A stretch of DNA of 64,000 bases from Octopus sinensis (lineage: Eukaryota): NCBI RefSeq assembly GCF_006345805.1, contig NC_043014.1, positions 28,582,001 to 28,646,000 on the forward strand, read 5' to 3'. Positions 52,282 to 64,000 of this stretch are shown one piece after another. The notes below the pieces were generated by a model. The model saw only the letters and a program-made list of their open reading frames with translations. It was not told where the DNA came from and ran no database searches. The position numbers were made by a program, and so were the translations under genes. Numbering within the stretch: the stretch's first letter is position 1; each line of letters opens with the position of its first letter.

Positions 52282-52850
52282 CTTTTCTACTCTAGGCACA
52301 GGGCTCGAAATTTTGGGGGAGGCGGCCAGTCGATTAGATCGATCCAGTACGCAACTGGTACTTAATTTATCGACCCTCGGCGGAAATCAAATTGGACTCA
52401 GAACGTAAAGACAGACGAAAAACCGCATAGCATTTCACCCGGCGTGCTAACGTTTCTTATTTCTTTATTGTCCACAAGGGGCTAAACGTAGAGGAGACAA
52501 ACAAGGACAGACAGAGGGATTAAGTCGATTATATCAACCCCAGTGCGTAACTGGTACTTAATTTATAGACCTTGGCGCAATGTGAACTCAGAACGCAACG
52601 GCAGACGAAATACCTATTTCTTTACTACCCAGAAGGGGCTAAACACAGAGGGGACAAACAAGGACAGACAAACGGATTAAGTCAATTACATCGACCCCAG
52701 TGCGTAACTGGTACTTAATTTATCGACCCCGAAAGGATGAAAGGCAAAATCGACCTCGGCGGAATTTGAACTCAGAACGTAACGGCAGACGAAATACCGC
52801 TAAGCATTTCGCCCGGCGTGCTAACGATTCTGCCAGCTTACCGTCTTCGA
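52282..52850 (-). mobile_element. composite trimer of Meta-like SINE units inside one TSD pair
   Basis: TSD ACCCAT(A/T)AATATT at 52269 and 52851; unit junctions at 52614/15 and 52457/58; the terminal unit has a different tail from the two internal units. Confidence 0.85.
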
Positions 52851-53489
52851 ACCCATTAATATTGAAACAGTAAATTCGCATTTCATGCTATTGACGTTTT
52901 GAGTATCAACTTAGATGGTGTGAGTTTACTAAGTATAAGATGAACTCGAATAATGTGTGATCATCGATGTTTTGTATAAAAGTGATAAGTAAGCAGTGAT
53001 TTAAGCAACATGAAAATACACAACTCGATGGCAGGATATTTAAACTTAAAGATAAATAACAAAAGTTTGCTGTATTAAGCAAATATGCCTATCCCAGTAA
53101 ATAAATTATCTATAAGTCTATAACTTCAGATACGCTAGCGATTCAAGTTTTAGATATGAAAAGAAAATTATATATCAAATGAACAACTTTTATAACCATT
53201 AAATTTTTAATGTTGTTTTCATCGTTTTAGAAGAGTGAGTCAGCAAAATGGATGTGCGCCAAACAAAACAACGGTGTACTTGGTTATATTCTTTTATGCT
53301 CTTCGTTCAAAATTACCTGTAAATACTAAATATATAATGAGGTCAATTAAAACTACTCTCTCTGCTTAGCAAATAATTTCTTTGTATCGAAGGAAGGTAT
53401 CAACATTGTCTGTAACTTTGCATGAGTGTATGGACTTGATATGCAAATACAAATGTCAGTGGAGATTTATATATATGTATATGTATATT

Positions 53490-53542
<53 letters not shown>

Positions 53543-53543
<1 letters not shown>

Positions 53544-54006
53544 CTCTTTACTCTTTCTCTTTTACTTTTTCTCTTTTACTTTTTCTCTTTTACTCTTTTA
53601 CTTGTTTCAGTCATTTGACTGCGGCCATGCTGGAGCACCACCTTTAATCGAGCAACTCGACCCCAGGACTTATTCTTTGTAAGCCCAGTACTTATTCTAT
53701 CGGTCTCTTTTGCCGAACCGCTAAGTGACGGGGACGTAAACACACACCAGCATCGGTTGTCAAGCAATGCTAGGGGGACAAACGCAGACACACAAACATA
53801 CACACACATACATACATAAATATATATATATATACATATATACGACAGGCTTCTTTCAGTTTCCGTCTACCAAATCCACTCACAAGGCATTGGTCGGCCC
53901 GGGGCTATAGCAGAAGACACTTGCCCAAGATGCCACACAGTGGGATTGAACCCAGAACCATGTGGTTTGTTAGCAAGCTACTTACCACACAGCCACTCCT
54001 GCGCCT
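53543..54006 (-). mobile_element. full-length CORE-type (OR2-like) SINE
   Basis: Same head, CORE and tail as 176-577; expanded TTTTACTC tail. Confidence 0.9.
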
Positions 54007-54008
54007 AT

Positions 54009-54041
<33 letters not shown>

Positions 54042-54105
54042 ATAATATATGTATATATATATATATAAATATATATATATATACATATATATATATACAT
54101 ATACT

Positions 54106-54151
<46 letters not shown>

Positions 54152-54259
54152 ATATATATACTTAAGCCCACACCACACACACACAAATATTTATGTCTCT
54201 CTATCAATCTATCTATCTGTCTGTCTGTCTATCTGTCCGTCTTCCTGTCTGTCTATCTA

Positions 54260-54301
<42 letters not shown>

Positions 54302-54634
54302 TGTGTTTGTGTGCCCGTGCGCGTGTGTGTGTGCGTGTGTGTGTCCATTAATTAAATGAAATTTTCATATGCATTCGTACCCTGGGCAGATTTCTGAGTT
54401 GCTGAATTTTATTCTAAATTGATTACGTCATAGGTGTAAACATTTTATGTTATAGTTAAATACTCATAAAACTCTTTAGTGGTTATCTGCTCAAAGATAG
54501 ACATTTTAAAAGTAGTTACTACGAAAACATGTGTTGTAATTTAACTAAGAGTCTAATGGTGGTTCAAAACATCAACTCTACTACATACATATATACATAC
54601 ATACACACATACATACATACATACATACATACAC

Positions 54635-54666
<32 letters not shown>

Positions 54667-54724
54667 GCGTGTGTTTGTATGTATGTATATGTATATATGT
54701 ATGTATATATATATATATGTATGC

Positions 54725-54771
<47 letters not shown>

Positions 54772-54805
54772 TGTATCTATATATATATATATATATATAT
54801 ATATA

Positions 54806-55145
54806 GGCACAGGAGTGGCTGGGTGGTAAGTAGCTTGCTTACCAACCACATGGTTCCGGGTTCATTCCCACTACGTGGCACCTTGGGCAAGTGTCTTCTA
54901 CTATAATCTCGGGCCGACCAAAGCCTTGTGAGTGGATTTGGTAGACGGAAACTTAAAGAAGCCCTTCGTATATATGTATATATATATATGTATATTTGTG
55001 TATGCTTGTGTGTCTGTGTTTGTCCCCGCTCACAAACATCGCTTGACAACCGATGCTGGTGTGTTTACGTCCCCGTAACTTAGTGGTTCGGCAAAAGAGA
55101 CCGATAGAATAAGTACTAGGCTTCCAAAGAATAAGTCCTAGAATC
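54806..55145 (+). mobile_element. CORE-type (OR2-like) SINE, 3' end lost at junction with a mariner relic
   Basis: GGCACAGGAGTGGCTGGGTGGTAAG..CCTTGGGCAAGTG..AAGAATAAGTCCTAG. Confidence 0.88.
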
Positions 55146-55886
55146 GATTTGCTCGAAACAGCCTTCGCCTTCTTTGGAACATCTGAGGAGGGGTATTTCC
55201 ACTGCATTAATTGTCTCTGTGTCTCTGGTTCATAATGATGAATATGGGTTGGGAAACGTTGAAGGAAATTAACTGGATCTCCCTCAAGCAACGTCAGATT
55301 TTCCCTTGATGTGATCAGCGTGGTGTGCTTTTGATCAGGTGTCAGGAGATATTGCACCCACCGATCAGAAACATGTCATCAGAAGTTCATTGTGCAGAAT
55401 ATTCTGAACTCTCTCAAGGGTTGTTCTAGCAGCATTGGCTATTTGATTTATAGTCAATCGCCTGTCAGTTTTCATCGCGTGGTGAGCACGATCAATGTCT
55501 TCCTCTGTAGTCGCAGCAACAGGACGTTCAGACCTTGGGTTATCTTCAAATCTTCCCTTTTACTTCTCAATACAGCTGCCCAATTTTGCACTGTTGATAC
55601 AGCTGGAGCCACATCAGTTAATGAAGCAACCAGCGTGAATGTCATTGGGGGTTAAGCCGTTTTTCTACAGTTACTTGGGAACAGGACGATACCAAATTTT
55701 GCCCATATTCAAGAGAAGTCATTACTAATTACTTCTGAAGTCTTCCTTGAACAGTCGGATGTTAGTTTACCTGGAAAGAAACAATGCGGATAGTAATAAG
55801 AAGAGATTAAATTAATTCATGCCATTTTCCCCAGCTCTAGCATTACTCCTTTATAGTGAGCCTATGAACTTTTCAGCTCACTCTCG
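55146..55886 (-). mobile_element. mariner relic, 5' half with TIR
   Basis: TA-CGAGAGTGAGCTGAAAAGTTCATAGGCT terminus; WVQYLLTPDQK, HIHHYEPETQRQLMQWK, PKKAK motifs. Confidence 0.85.
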
Positions 55887-56789
55887 TATGTAACAAGCAG
55901 ACTCAGCATCAAACTTAGGAAATTAAGTTAATTAGAATATTACAGATACAAGTCATTTATGGAATTGTAAAATTATGTAAAACTTTTTAAAATCTTAGCA
56001 TATATTTTCATATGTCTTAACGTACAATTATATGTATGTGTATACATAGATAAAGCAAAACATACAGATCTGGTGATGCCTTGACCCCAAATACTTGCAC
56101 ACAACCATGCATAACTACTCAGTTGAAATTCCAATGAAGCGTCCTTGAATCTAGGTTAGAAACTGGTTCTTTCTCCATTGGCAAAGTATCTAGAAATAAC
56201 ACTCAATAATAATACATAAAATATTGTGCACGCGTTCCTGTGTAAGAAAGAACGGGGAAAACAGAGGGTGTATTTATGAGGCTAGTGAGGTCAAACCTTT
56301 CATCTTCATTATTGTAGAGAGAGTTTTTGTGTAGTTTTGTGTGGAGGTGTGAACTTTATAAAGTGGAAAGCTTTTCTTTCAATGTATTCAACGACTCCTC
56401 CGAATTTTTGCCGGACAAGACGTTGTTCCAGTATTGTCCATGGAGTAGTTGGACACTTGTCTCTCCATTTTCGGCTTTATTTGAGTGTGCAATGAGCACA
56501 TTCAACCGAACAAGAATAGTTGTATATTTAGTTTTAGAAGTAAATATGAAATCGAAATACTCGATAGATATTTCCTTGGTAGAGATATTTTGTTGACAAT
56601 CAGACACCACATCACAGATAACAACTCGAAACTGAGGGAGGGTGGACTTGAAAACATCCCTGTAGAACCTCGATAAAAAAGAAGCATTACATATTAGAAA
56701 TTTTACATACTAATTGAACAAGAGTTATCGTTTAGCCATTGAAAACTTGTACGCCACACAGTATATAACAGTAATGGCCTTTTTATCAA

Positions 56790-57160
56790 CACCAACAGAA
56801 ATTCTGAATGAGTCTACAAAATACCTTCAGGGGAAACTGGTGATAACTGTTTAATGAGTGAATTCCGTCGATCACAATCTGCAACGTTTTGCTTACTAGC
56901 AAACACTCAGTCAGTAGTTCTCCCGGGGCGCTAATGTAAGATAAAATGTTTTAAAAGAGTGCTGCGCTCAAATGTCCAGAAGGCTTTGCTAAAGTCGAAG
57001 TATATTACACCTGTGTTAAATTCTTTTCCAAAACAGTTTGGATGTCATCGAAAGCAATAGTGGTTGAGAGCTAGAAAAGTATTACTCTCCAGGGTGTAAG
57101 GTATTCTTGATTTTTTTCACCTTCTCAAATAAGAGGGTTAAGTGAGATCTCTTTCCGAGA
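56790..57160 (-). mobile_element. CR1/L2-group LINE RT fragment
   Basis: GVIYFDFSKAF (RT motif A) in decayed context. Confidence 0.65.
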
Positions 57161-57690
57161 AAAAAAAAGAAAGAAAAAAGAAAAGAAAGAAAATGGATGT
57201 TAAACGAGAATAGAAAATGGATGTCAAACGAGAATAGAAAATGCTAGAGTCCATCTCGCATAGGTGCAGACTGATATCAATAGTCCTTCATAATATGTAT
57301 CGGAAACTATTGCTGGGTAGTGTTTAATTTTATTGATTGCGACTATGATGTTCAGTTTGCCGAAAATTAGATCAAGTATGATATGTTGGGGGTTGCCTTC
57401 ATTCGTTTAAGTTGACTTCAGAAGGGTCACAGAAGACGAAGCAGTATTGATTCTGCAAATCTCTTCCGTTTATTGAACATAATAATGCTGAATGTTATTT
57501 TCATTAAGCAGTAGACCAATAATGGTTTACATATTTTTGTTGTTGTTACAAATTTACGCTTTTGCATAGTCTAGCTGCCAGAGTCCTTTAGTTAATTAAT
57601 CCACATTATTGCATTTATGGTCAATCTGGTTGTAGTTATAGAAACTAGATAAGGCGAGAGGTAAATTTTAATAAATTTGTAAAGCTTATA

Positions 57691-57987
57691 CTGGTACTTC
57701 GTCGGTTACGACGACGAGAGTTCCAGTTGATCCGATCAACAGCAGTGTGCTCATGAAATTAACGTACTCCACAGAAACGTCTACCCTTAACGTAGTTCTC
57801 AAGAAGATTAATATGAGAAGGCTGACCCTTTGAATTACAGGTACAACTCATTTTTGCCAGCTGAATGGGCTGGAGTAATGTGAAATAAAGTGTCTTGCTC
57901 AAGGACACAATGCGTCGCCGAGAATTGAACTCAAGACCTTACAATCGTGGGCCGAATACCTTAACCACTAAGCCACGCGCCTTCACC
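57691..57987 (-). mobile_element. tRNA-derived SINE, same head/centre as 40158 but different tail; 13-bp TSD (1 mismatch)
   Basis: TGTAAAGCTTA(T/C)A at 57678 and 57988; TTGTGTCCTTGAGCAAGACACTTTATTTCAC centre. Confidence 0.85.
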
Positions 57988-58453
57988 TGTAAAGCTTACA
58001 GGTGTTGACCATAGGCAGAGTAGTTGACCGAAAACTTCAAATATCCCTATACTTTGCAGTGAACATGTTCGCCTTACCGTTTTAGTGTTGTCTCGTATCT
58101 GCATGAGATTTCTTTCAAGTCTAAAATCTTCCACTATTCTTCAAGTCTATTTTTGAATCGGCTAAATGAAATTCCTTGGTGATCGATTCTAGTTTCTTTA
58201 ATTATTTATAGGAATATATTGTTGACGGCCGGTGGTTTTCAATTTTAATGAGATTGACCGTTGAAATCCCGATTTCGAGTATTTCAATATAATATATTCA
58301 TTCTTTATTTTCATCTATGTCTTGTACATTGAACTGATTATATCAATATTCAAATGATGTAAGATGCATAGTTAAGCAGGGCTGCTATCATTCCTCCGTG
58401 CCATAGGCTTATAAGCTTCTGAAACTAGCCTAGCTTACTCTGGCAGATATCTA

Positions 58454-58556
58454 CGAGGGAGCACTATAAAAGCCCTTTGAAAAAACTCGGAACGTTAGGC
58501 CTCCAAACAGGCCTTTCCGATACCCTAAAATCCAAGAACCTTTCAGCACCCCCTCG
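58454..58556. mobile_element. mariner-derived MITE
   Basis: TA-CGAGGGAGCACT.TAAAAG ... CTTTCAGCACCCCCTCG-TA; ends related to the TIR at 55886. Confidence 0.7.
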
Positions 58557-59396
58557 TACATTTTGAGGATCATATTTACATAAGAAAGTCCTTTGTAATC
58601 TGTTTGGCAAAAACATTCAAAAACTTTGTGGAATGCAACATCAAATCGCCCCAAAATAGTGGTTTACACAAGACGCACTCATGTACAGTAAGCAATTATA
58701 GAGTGAGGGACACAATACGGAATAAATAAATACCAGAGACATTTCCACCTTTCTGTCTGAAATATTATTACTTCCAGGCTAACATTCAGGCTCTGACAAT
58801 GGTTTTATGGATCAGGACTTCTTGAATGTGTATGTGGTACAAAGCAAGGTCAACTTATAACATCAGTTGGCTTTCATTCATTGCACATAAACGTCCCTTT
58901 CTCTTGTCATCCTCTAAAATAGATCTGAATGGAATTTCTTATAGAATACAAAACATCCAAACACTAATTAGCGAACAAAATATATGGATATCAATGAGAA
59001 AACCGAAACGTATGTGCTTTCGAACTAAATATATTTTGATATTTGTTCAAACTGAGTTACAGATACACTCGTTTGTTACTTCCGCTATCGTAAGTCCAGT
59101 GTAACAATGACTGCCCCATTGGACAACTGCACTCGAAAGAGACTATTGCTAACAAAATGCAATATATAATAAATGTATGCACACACACACACAGATTTTG
59201 TAATATAGGCCATGTGGTAAATAAAGGAGAAATATATGTCCTGCATTATATATTAAGATATTAGATATAAAACTGGCAGCAAGAAAATATGAGTGGTGAA
59301 TCATGCAAGAGTTTGTATAATAACAATAATAATAATAATATTGCATTATGCCTACGAAGTGTTGTGTACTTTCTCGCCTATTTGTATTCATTTCAG

Positions 59397-59429
59397 TGTG
59401 AAACGACCATTGACTCTTTCTGCACATAG
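59397..59429 (+). other. candidate 33-nt symmetric microexon (unverified)
   Basis: TTTGTATTCATTTCAG | TGTGAAAC..GCACATAG | GTATGT: near-consensus acceptor and donor; open in phase 2 (VKRPLTLSAH). Confidence 0.2.
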
Positions 59430-59436
59430 GTATGTC

Positions 59437-59478
<42 letters not shown>

Positions 59479-59596
59479 GTGTGTGTGTGTGTGTGTGTGT
59501 CTGTATAGATATAGGTATGTATGTTTGTATGTATGAATATATATATATGCATATATACATTCATAAATGTGTGTGGGTGAGCGTGTGTGCATGTGT

Positions 59597-59645
<49 letters not shown>

Positions 59646-59720
59646 TACATATGCATAGAATCAGCTATCTCTCTTTCTATCTATCTATCTGTCTGTCTAT
59701 GTAATTGTATACAGACACAT

Positions 59721-60098
59721 TTCCTTTATTCTCTTATTTTCTCAGTCGTTTGACTGAAGAACCGCCTTTAAGTCTAAAAGATTGAGCCCAGGACCTATTT
59801 TTTGTAAGCCTGGTACTTATTCTATTGGTTCCTTCTGCCGGACCACTAATTTACAGGGGCGTAAACATACCAACATCGGTTGTCAAGCGATAGTGGGGGA
59901 CAAACACAGACACAAAGACACGCACACACACAGATATATATACGACGACAAGCTTCTTTCAGTTTCCGTCTTCCAAATCCATCCACAAGGTTTTGGTGAG
60001 CCCGAGGCTATGGAAGACACTTGCCCAGGGTGCCACGCAGTGGGACTGAACCCGGAGCCATGTGGTTGGGAAGCAAGCTTCTTACCACACAGCCACAC
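59721..60098 (-). mobile_element. CORE-type (OR2-like) SINE
   Basis: Colinear with 53543-54006. Confidence 0.85.
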
Positions 60099-61677
60099 TA
60101 GAGAGAGAGAGAGAGAGTGAGAGAGAGAGAGAGAGAGAAGAGAGAGAGTGAGAGAGGAAGAGAGAGAGACGATTCCTCACAAACTGCAGCCTATTGCGAT
60201 CCGTGGATCTCATCAAACGAATGTAAAATAGGATCAATTTAGAGAAAATATAGTTATACAATTTATCTATACAAAATTCCCGAATACATAGTAAGAGTGT
60301 AGGAGTTGAGAATTTCATTAACAAGGAGTTTTCCGTTTGAAGGTTCCAGTTCAAATGGATTTTATTTGAAAAAAATTCATATGTATGGGGTGGAGATAGA
60401 GGGACAAAGAGAGAGAGGAAGAAAGGGGGACAGAGAAAGAGAAAGAGAAAGAGAAAATTATGGACCGTAATGGGTAAGAGAAAAGAGGAGGAAGAGATAG
60501 TGCAAGAGAGAGGGGGCAAAGAGTGGGGGGAGCGGACAAAATGAGAGCGTACCTAAATAGTATGGAGCAGTAAATGAAGAGGGGAAAATAACGACGCGGA
60601 CGAAGGACGAAGAGGCAGAGAGATATGATGAAGGAGGGTAACCAAAATGAAGGTTTTTCCATTCCGTAGAGTTTCGTTCGTTCAAACAGATTTTATTCGT
60701 AAAAAATCAAATGCAAAAAAGCAACAAAACAAATCTGTGAGATGGAAACTCGGTGAGAAGTAGAAATATATATAAACAAAAAAAAAAATAAAACCTGAGT
60801 GTTGCATTACTGTGAATAAGAAATAAAAAGAATAAAATGGAGAGATCAGAGGAAGAAAAAGAGAAGAACACAGGGAAAGAAAAAAAACAGAAAGAGGGAG
60901 CATAGTATGGATATCGTTAATGCGTACGAGGCTCAATCGGTGAGATAAGTCTATTAGGAAACGTTTACGATCTCAGAGAATTAAACACATACAGTAGTAA
61001 TACATCTAGGTGAAGTGTTTATAGTCAGAAGATAACTTAAACACTTCGCTTGTTGGTGTTTGTTTGTTTGTTCGCGTGTTCGTAATTATACATAAACACA
61101 TACAAGCATACAAACACACATACATAAATACATAAATACATGCATAACTACATACATACATGCATACATGCATGCATACGCGAATACATAAATCCATATA
61201 TATAAACACGTATACATGAATGCATACACACATACAATCATATACACATATATAGACATACATACATTAATACATAAATATATAGATATATATATTTATA
61301 GATATATATATACATACCCACATATGTGAGTGTGTGTATTTATATATATATATGTGTGTGTGTGTATGTATATATACGCATATATATATATGTACGTGTA
61401 CATATACATATACATACATATAGAAGCACCTACGAGTGTGTGTTTGTGTCCGCGTGCTCCTGTCTGTCTGTCTCTCTGTGTAATTATACATATGTATATG
61501 TATGCCTATACATACACACACACACACATATATGCCTATGTGGGTTTGCGTATACCAGTACGTATACGCGCACGTGTATGTTAAAAAGATCCCCGTAAAA
61601 TTATCGGTTGTATATAACACTTGTATATTCATGAGTCTACCGTTCAAATTGCAATGGTGTTATGTTTTTATAGTTTC

Positions 61678-61719
<42 letters not shown>

Positions 61720-62223
61720 TGCGTTTTCAAAAATAAAGCTACTTCAACCAAAAATCAATGAATGTAAAACGTAAGAAGTTCGATTGCTTAATAACTACGT
61801 ATATATTAAAAATATTAAGTCAAGACTGAAACGAACATATAATCGCCTCAGAAGCGAGTTTCAGGAATTTTTTTAAAAATTAGGGAAGTTTAGGGAACAC
61901 AAAATTCGAATCAAAAGGCAAAGGCATAATTTTCAACATTAAAAATCATGAAATAGTCAAGCATACCAAAAGAGGAAGAGGTGTAGGAAAAATGAAATTG
62001 AAGTATCATATAGATTAAAGGAGATGGTGTGTGTGTATATATATAATTTATCAAAGGTATCGGCTAATTATGCAGGCAAATTAAACCAATTGTTTTGAAA
62101 TATTAAAAAAAACAAAAGTAATTAAATATCACACGCATTCACACATACCTGTATGTAAATACGACCCCACCCACACAAACACACGCATATTAGTATTCTT
62201 CTTATATATATCTATATAAATTC

Positions 62224-62486
62224 CACCTGTCATCTCTTGTGAAAGGTAGGAGAGCCCAGTTTGCTGGACATTGTTGTAGAGCTGAAAAAGAGGTAATTTC
62301 TACTCTCCTCCTCTGGAAGCCATCTACTCGCAATGCCAGAGGGCGCACACTGTCCTACCCTGATGTAATCTCCAGGGATACAGGCATCCAGCAACAGGAC
62401 CTCCGTTATGCCACGATGGACCGTGAAGTCTGGCGTAGCATAGTAAATTCCATTGTCTCGACCACGGTCGAACAATGATGATGATA
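62224..62486 (+). mobile_element. RTE-group LINE 3' end, 5'-truncated, (TGA)n tail
   Basis: Uninterrupted RRAQFAGHCCRAEKEVISTLLLWKP..RGRTLSYPDVISRDTG..MDREVWRSIV* followed by ATGATGATGAT. Confidence 0.85.
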
Positions 62487-62544
62487 TTTATTCATTTGTC
62501 CATTTGCTTGTTCTAATCATCATCACTCTTAAAGAGTTTCAATC

Positions 62545-62775
62545 GAAGAAATCGACCCCATGATTTTTTCTTTGTAAGCCTAGTAACTTATTCTATTGGT
62601 TTGTTTTGCCGAACCACTAGTTTACAGGGACACAAACACGCCAACATCATTTGTTAAACGATGGCGGAGTAACAAACCTATATACAAAGACACAGATGCA
62701 CGTATATATATATATATATGTTGGGCTTCTTTCAGTTTCCATCTACCAAATCCACTCAGCAGGCTTTGGTCGGCC
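62545..62775 (-). mobile_element. partial CORE-type (OR2-like) SINE abutting the Tigger relic
   Basis: TTCTTTGTAAGCCTAGTA..CTTTCAGTTTCCATCTACCAAATCCACTCA..GCTTTGGTCGGCC. Confidence 0.75.
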
Positions 62776-63252
62776 TTCCCTTGCAATTCCTTTGCTGTCC
62801 TCAAAAAGTCAAACAGACGTTCAATTGTCAGGCCTACCTCATCCTTCGCTTCCTCTAGATTTGGCGCTTCCTCCTCCTCTTCGCTAGCAGACTTAGTTAA
62901 CTCTAACAAATCTTCATCTGTCAGCGTTTCAGATTGGGCATCGATGAGAATGTTGACCTCATCTTACATGATGTCGTCAAAACCTTCGCCTCCAAGTACC
63001 TTTGCCAGCTTCACAGCATTCTTGACAGCCTCGTGCTGAATATCTTCAGAGAAAAAGCCCTCGTAGTAGTGGATACTCTCTGGCCTCATCTTCTTCCAGC
63101 ATGCGATGAAGGTTTCTTTTTTTCATGTCTTTAATAGCAGCGTGGATGACTGACAGGCACGTTGCGATCGTGAAGTTTAGCTTGAAATTCTCGTCCGAAT
63201 CTATTGCGTCCACAAGGTGCTGGAGAGAGTTCTGCGTGTAAAGTGCCTTGAC
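62776..63252 (-). mobile_element. Tigger/pogo transposase C-terminal fragment
   Basis: KALYTQNSL..FTIATCLSVI..IACWKK..AVKLAKVLGGEGFDDI..LTDEDLLELTKS. Confidence 0.8.
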
Positions 63253-63514
63253 ACTAACTGCAGCGAACTCAAGCAAAGTATGAAAACTTTACTAAAAAGT
63301 TAAACTTAGAAAAATGTTGCATGTAGCACACACACACACACACACCACACACACACACAAACACACATTGTCGAACGATGAAAATGAGGGCTCAACACCG
63401 CGTTGTTGGATATAATTTCTTTATTTGTGAATTAAGGCTACCATTGATTTCATGTTCAAGAAAAGTAGGAACATAGCTTACACACACACACATATACATA
63501 TACATTTACATAGG

Positions 63515-63554
<40 letters not shown>

Positions 63555-63555
<1 letters not shown>

Positions 63556-63708
63556 TGTTGTGTCTGGGGAGAGTCATTTTCTTTTTGTGCCTTATAATAT
63601 AACACACTCACCGGTAAAATTTCCACTTATTTCTTATTTTTATTTTTAGCACTAAGCGTGTTTAATTATAAGGCACAGAAAGAAAATGACTCTCCCCAGA
63701 CACAACAG
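63555..63708. mobile_element. MITE with 44-bp TIRs
   Basis: CTGTTGTGTCTGGGGAGAGTCATTTTCTTTTTGTGCCTTATAAT (63555-98) and its reverse complement (63665-708) with one mismatch; TA on the left. Confidence 0.85.
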
Positions 63709-63742
63709 AATATGCTTCAACACACGAACTCACGCACACACA

Positions 63743-63841
<99 letters not shown>

Positions 63842-64000
63842 AACAGTATCAACTAGATACAGGTTTCTGGTATGATTCTTCTTGCTTTTATATACTCTTG
63901 CAACATGTATATGTTGTACTGATTGCATGAAAAGTGTTCCTTCCAGAAAACGTTTGGGATTATTCTTGCTATTTCAGTACACCTTGGTCCCCTTGTTTTT

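Noticed and set aside
56356-56610. 84-aa minus-strand ORF
   Set aside because: Resembles the end of a LINE endonuclease/linker (FDFIFTS; WNNVLSGKNSEESLNTLK) but lies downstream of the RT fragment, so neither a host exon nor a colinear LINE can be supported.
32298-59090. Identical 15-mer TTACTTCCGCTATCG at 32298 and 59076
   Set aside because: A few 15-mer matches are expected by chance in 64 kb; flanks do not align.
63940-64000. Acceptors near the window end with hydrophobic or WSPC-containing frames
   Set aside because: Too little sequence before the edge; T-rich DNA yields hydrophobic frames by default.

Overview
Eukaryotic, AT-rich, microsatellite-saturated genomic DNA. I recognise the SINE families, mariner/Tigger/CR1/RTE relics and (TA)n/(CA)n/(GATA)n load as coleoid cephalopod, most likely Octopus; this is recognition, not a database result. 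No confidently identifiable host protein-coding gene is present, and the window reads as intergenic DNA or a very large intron. Almost all ORFs in the track are translated microsatellites or transposon relics. Content: a near full-length mellifera-type mariner (8958-10200), further mariner and Tigger relics, two HERO-clade (restriction-like endonuclease) non-LTR relics, CR1-, RTE- and L1/Tx1-like LINE fragments, four tRNA-derived SINE families, two Helitron-like copies, several MITEs and Penelope-type terminal fragments. The most interesting signals are: (1) a SINE that appears to insert into its own tRNA head, forming head+(unit)n polymers, and whose 3' tail matches a LINE 3' end in the same window (32/38 nt); (2) tandem minimal hammerhead ribozyme motifs; (3) a perfect 122-bp TTAA-flanked palindrome inside a decayed HERO element; (4) a 94-bp duplicated block far better conserved than the SINEs next to it; (5) a CCAAT/NRF1/ETS/YY1 motif cluster with no visible gene. 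Boundaries of decayed elements are approximate, and all family assignments come from motif recognition by eye.
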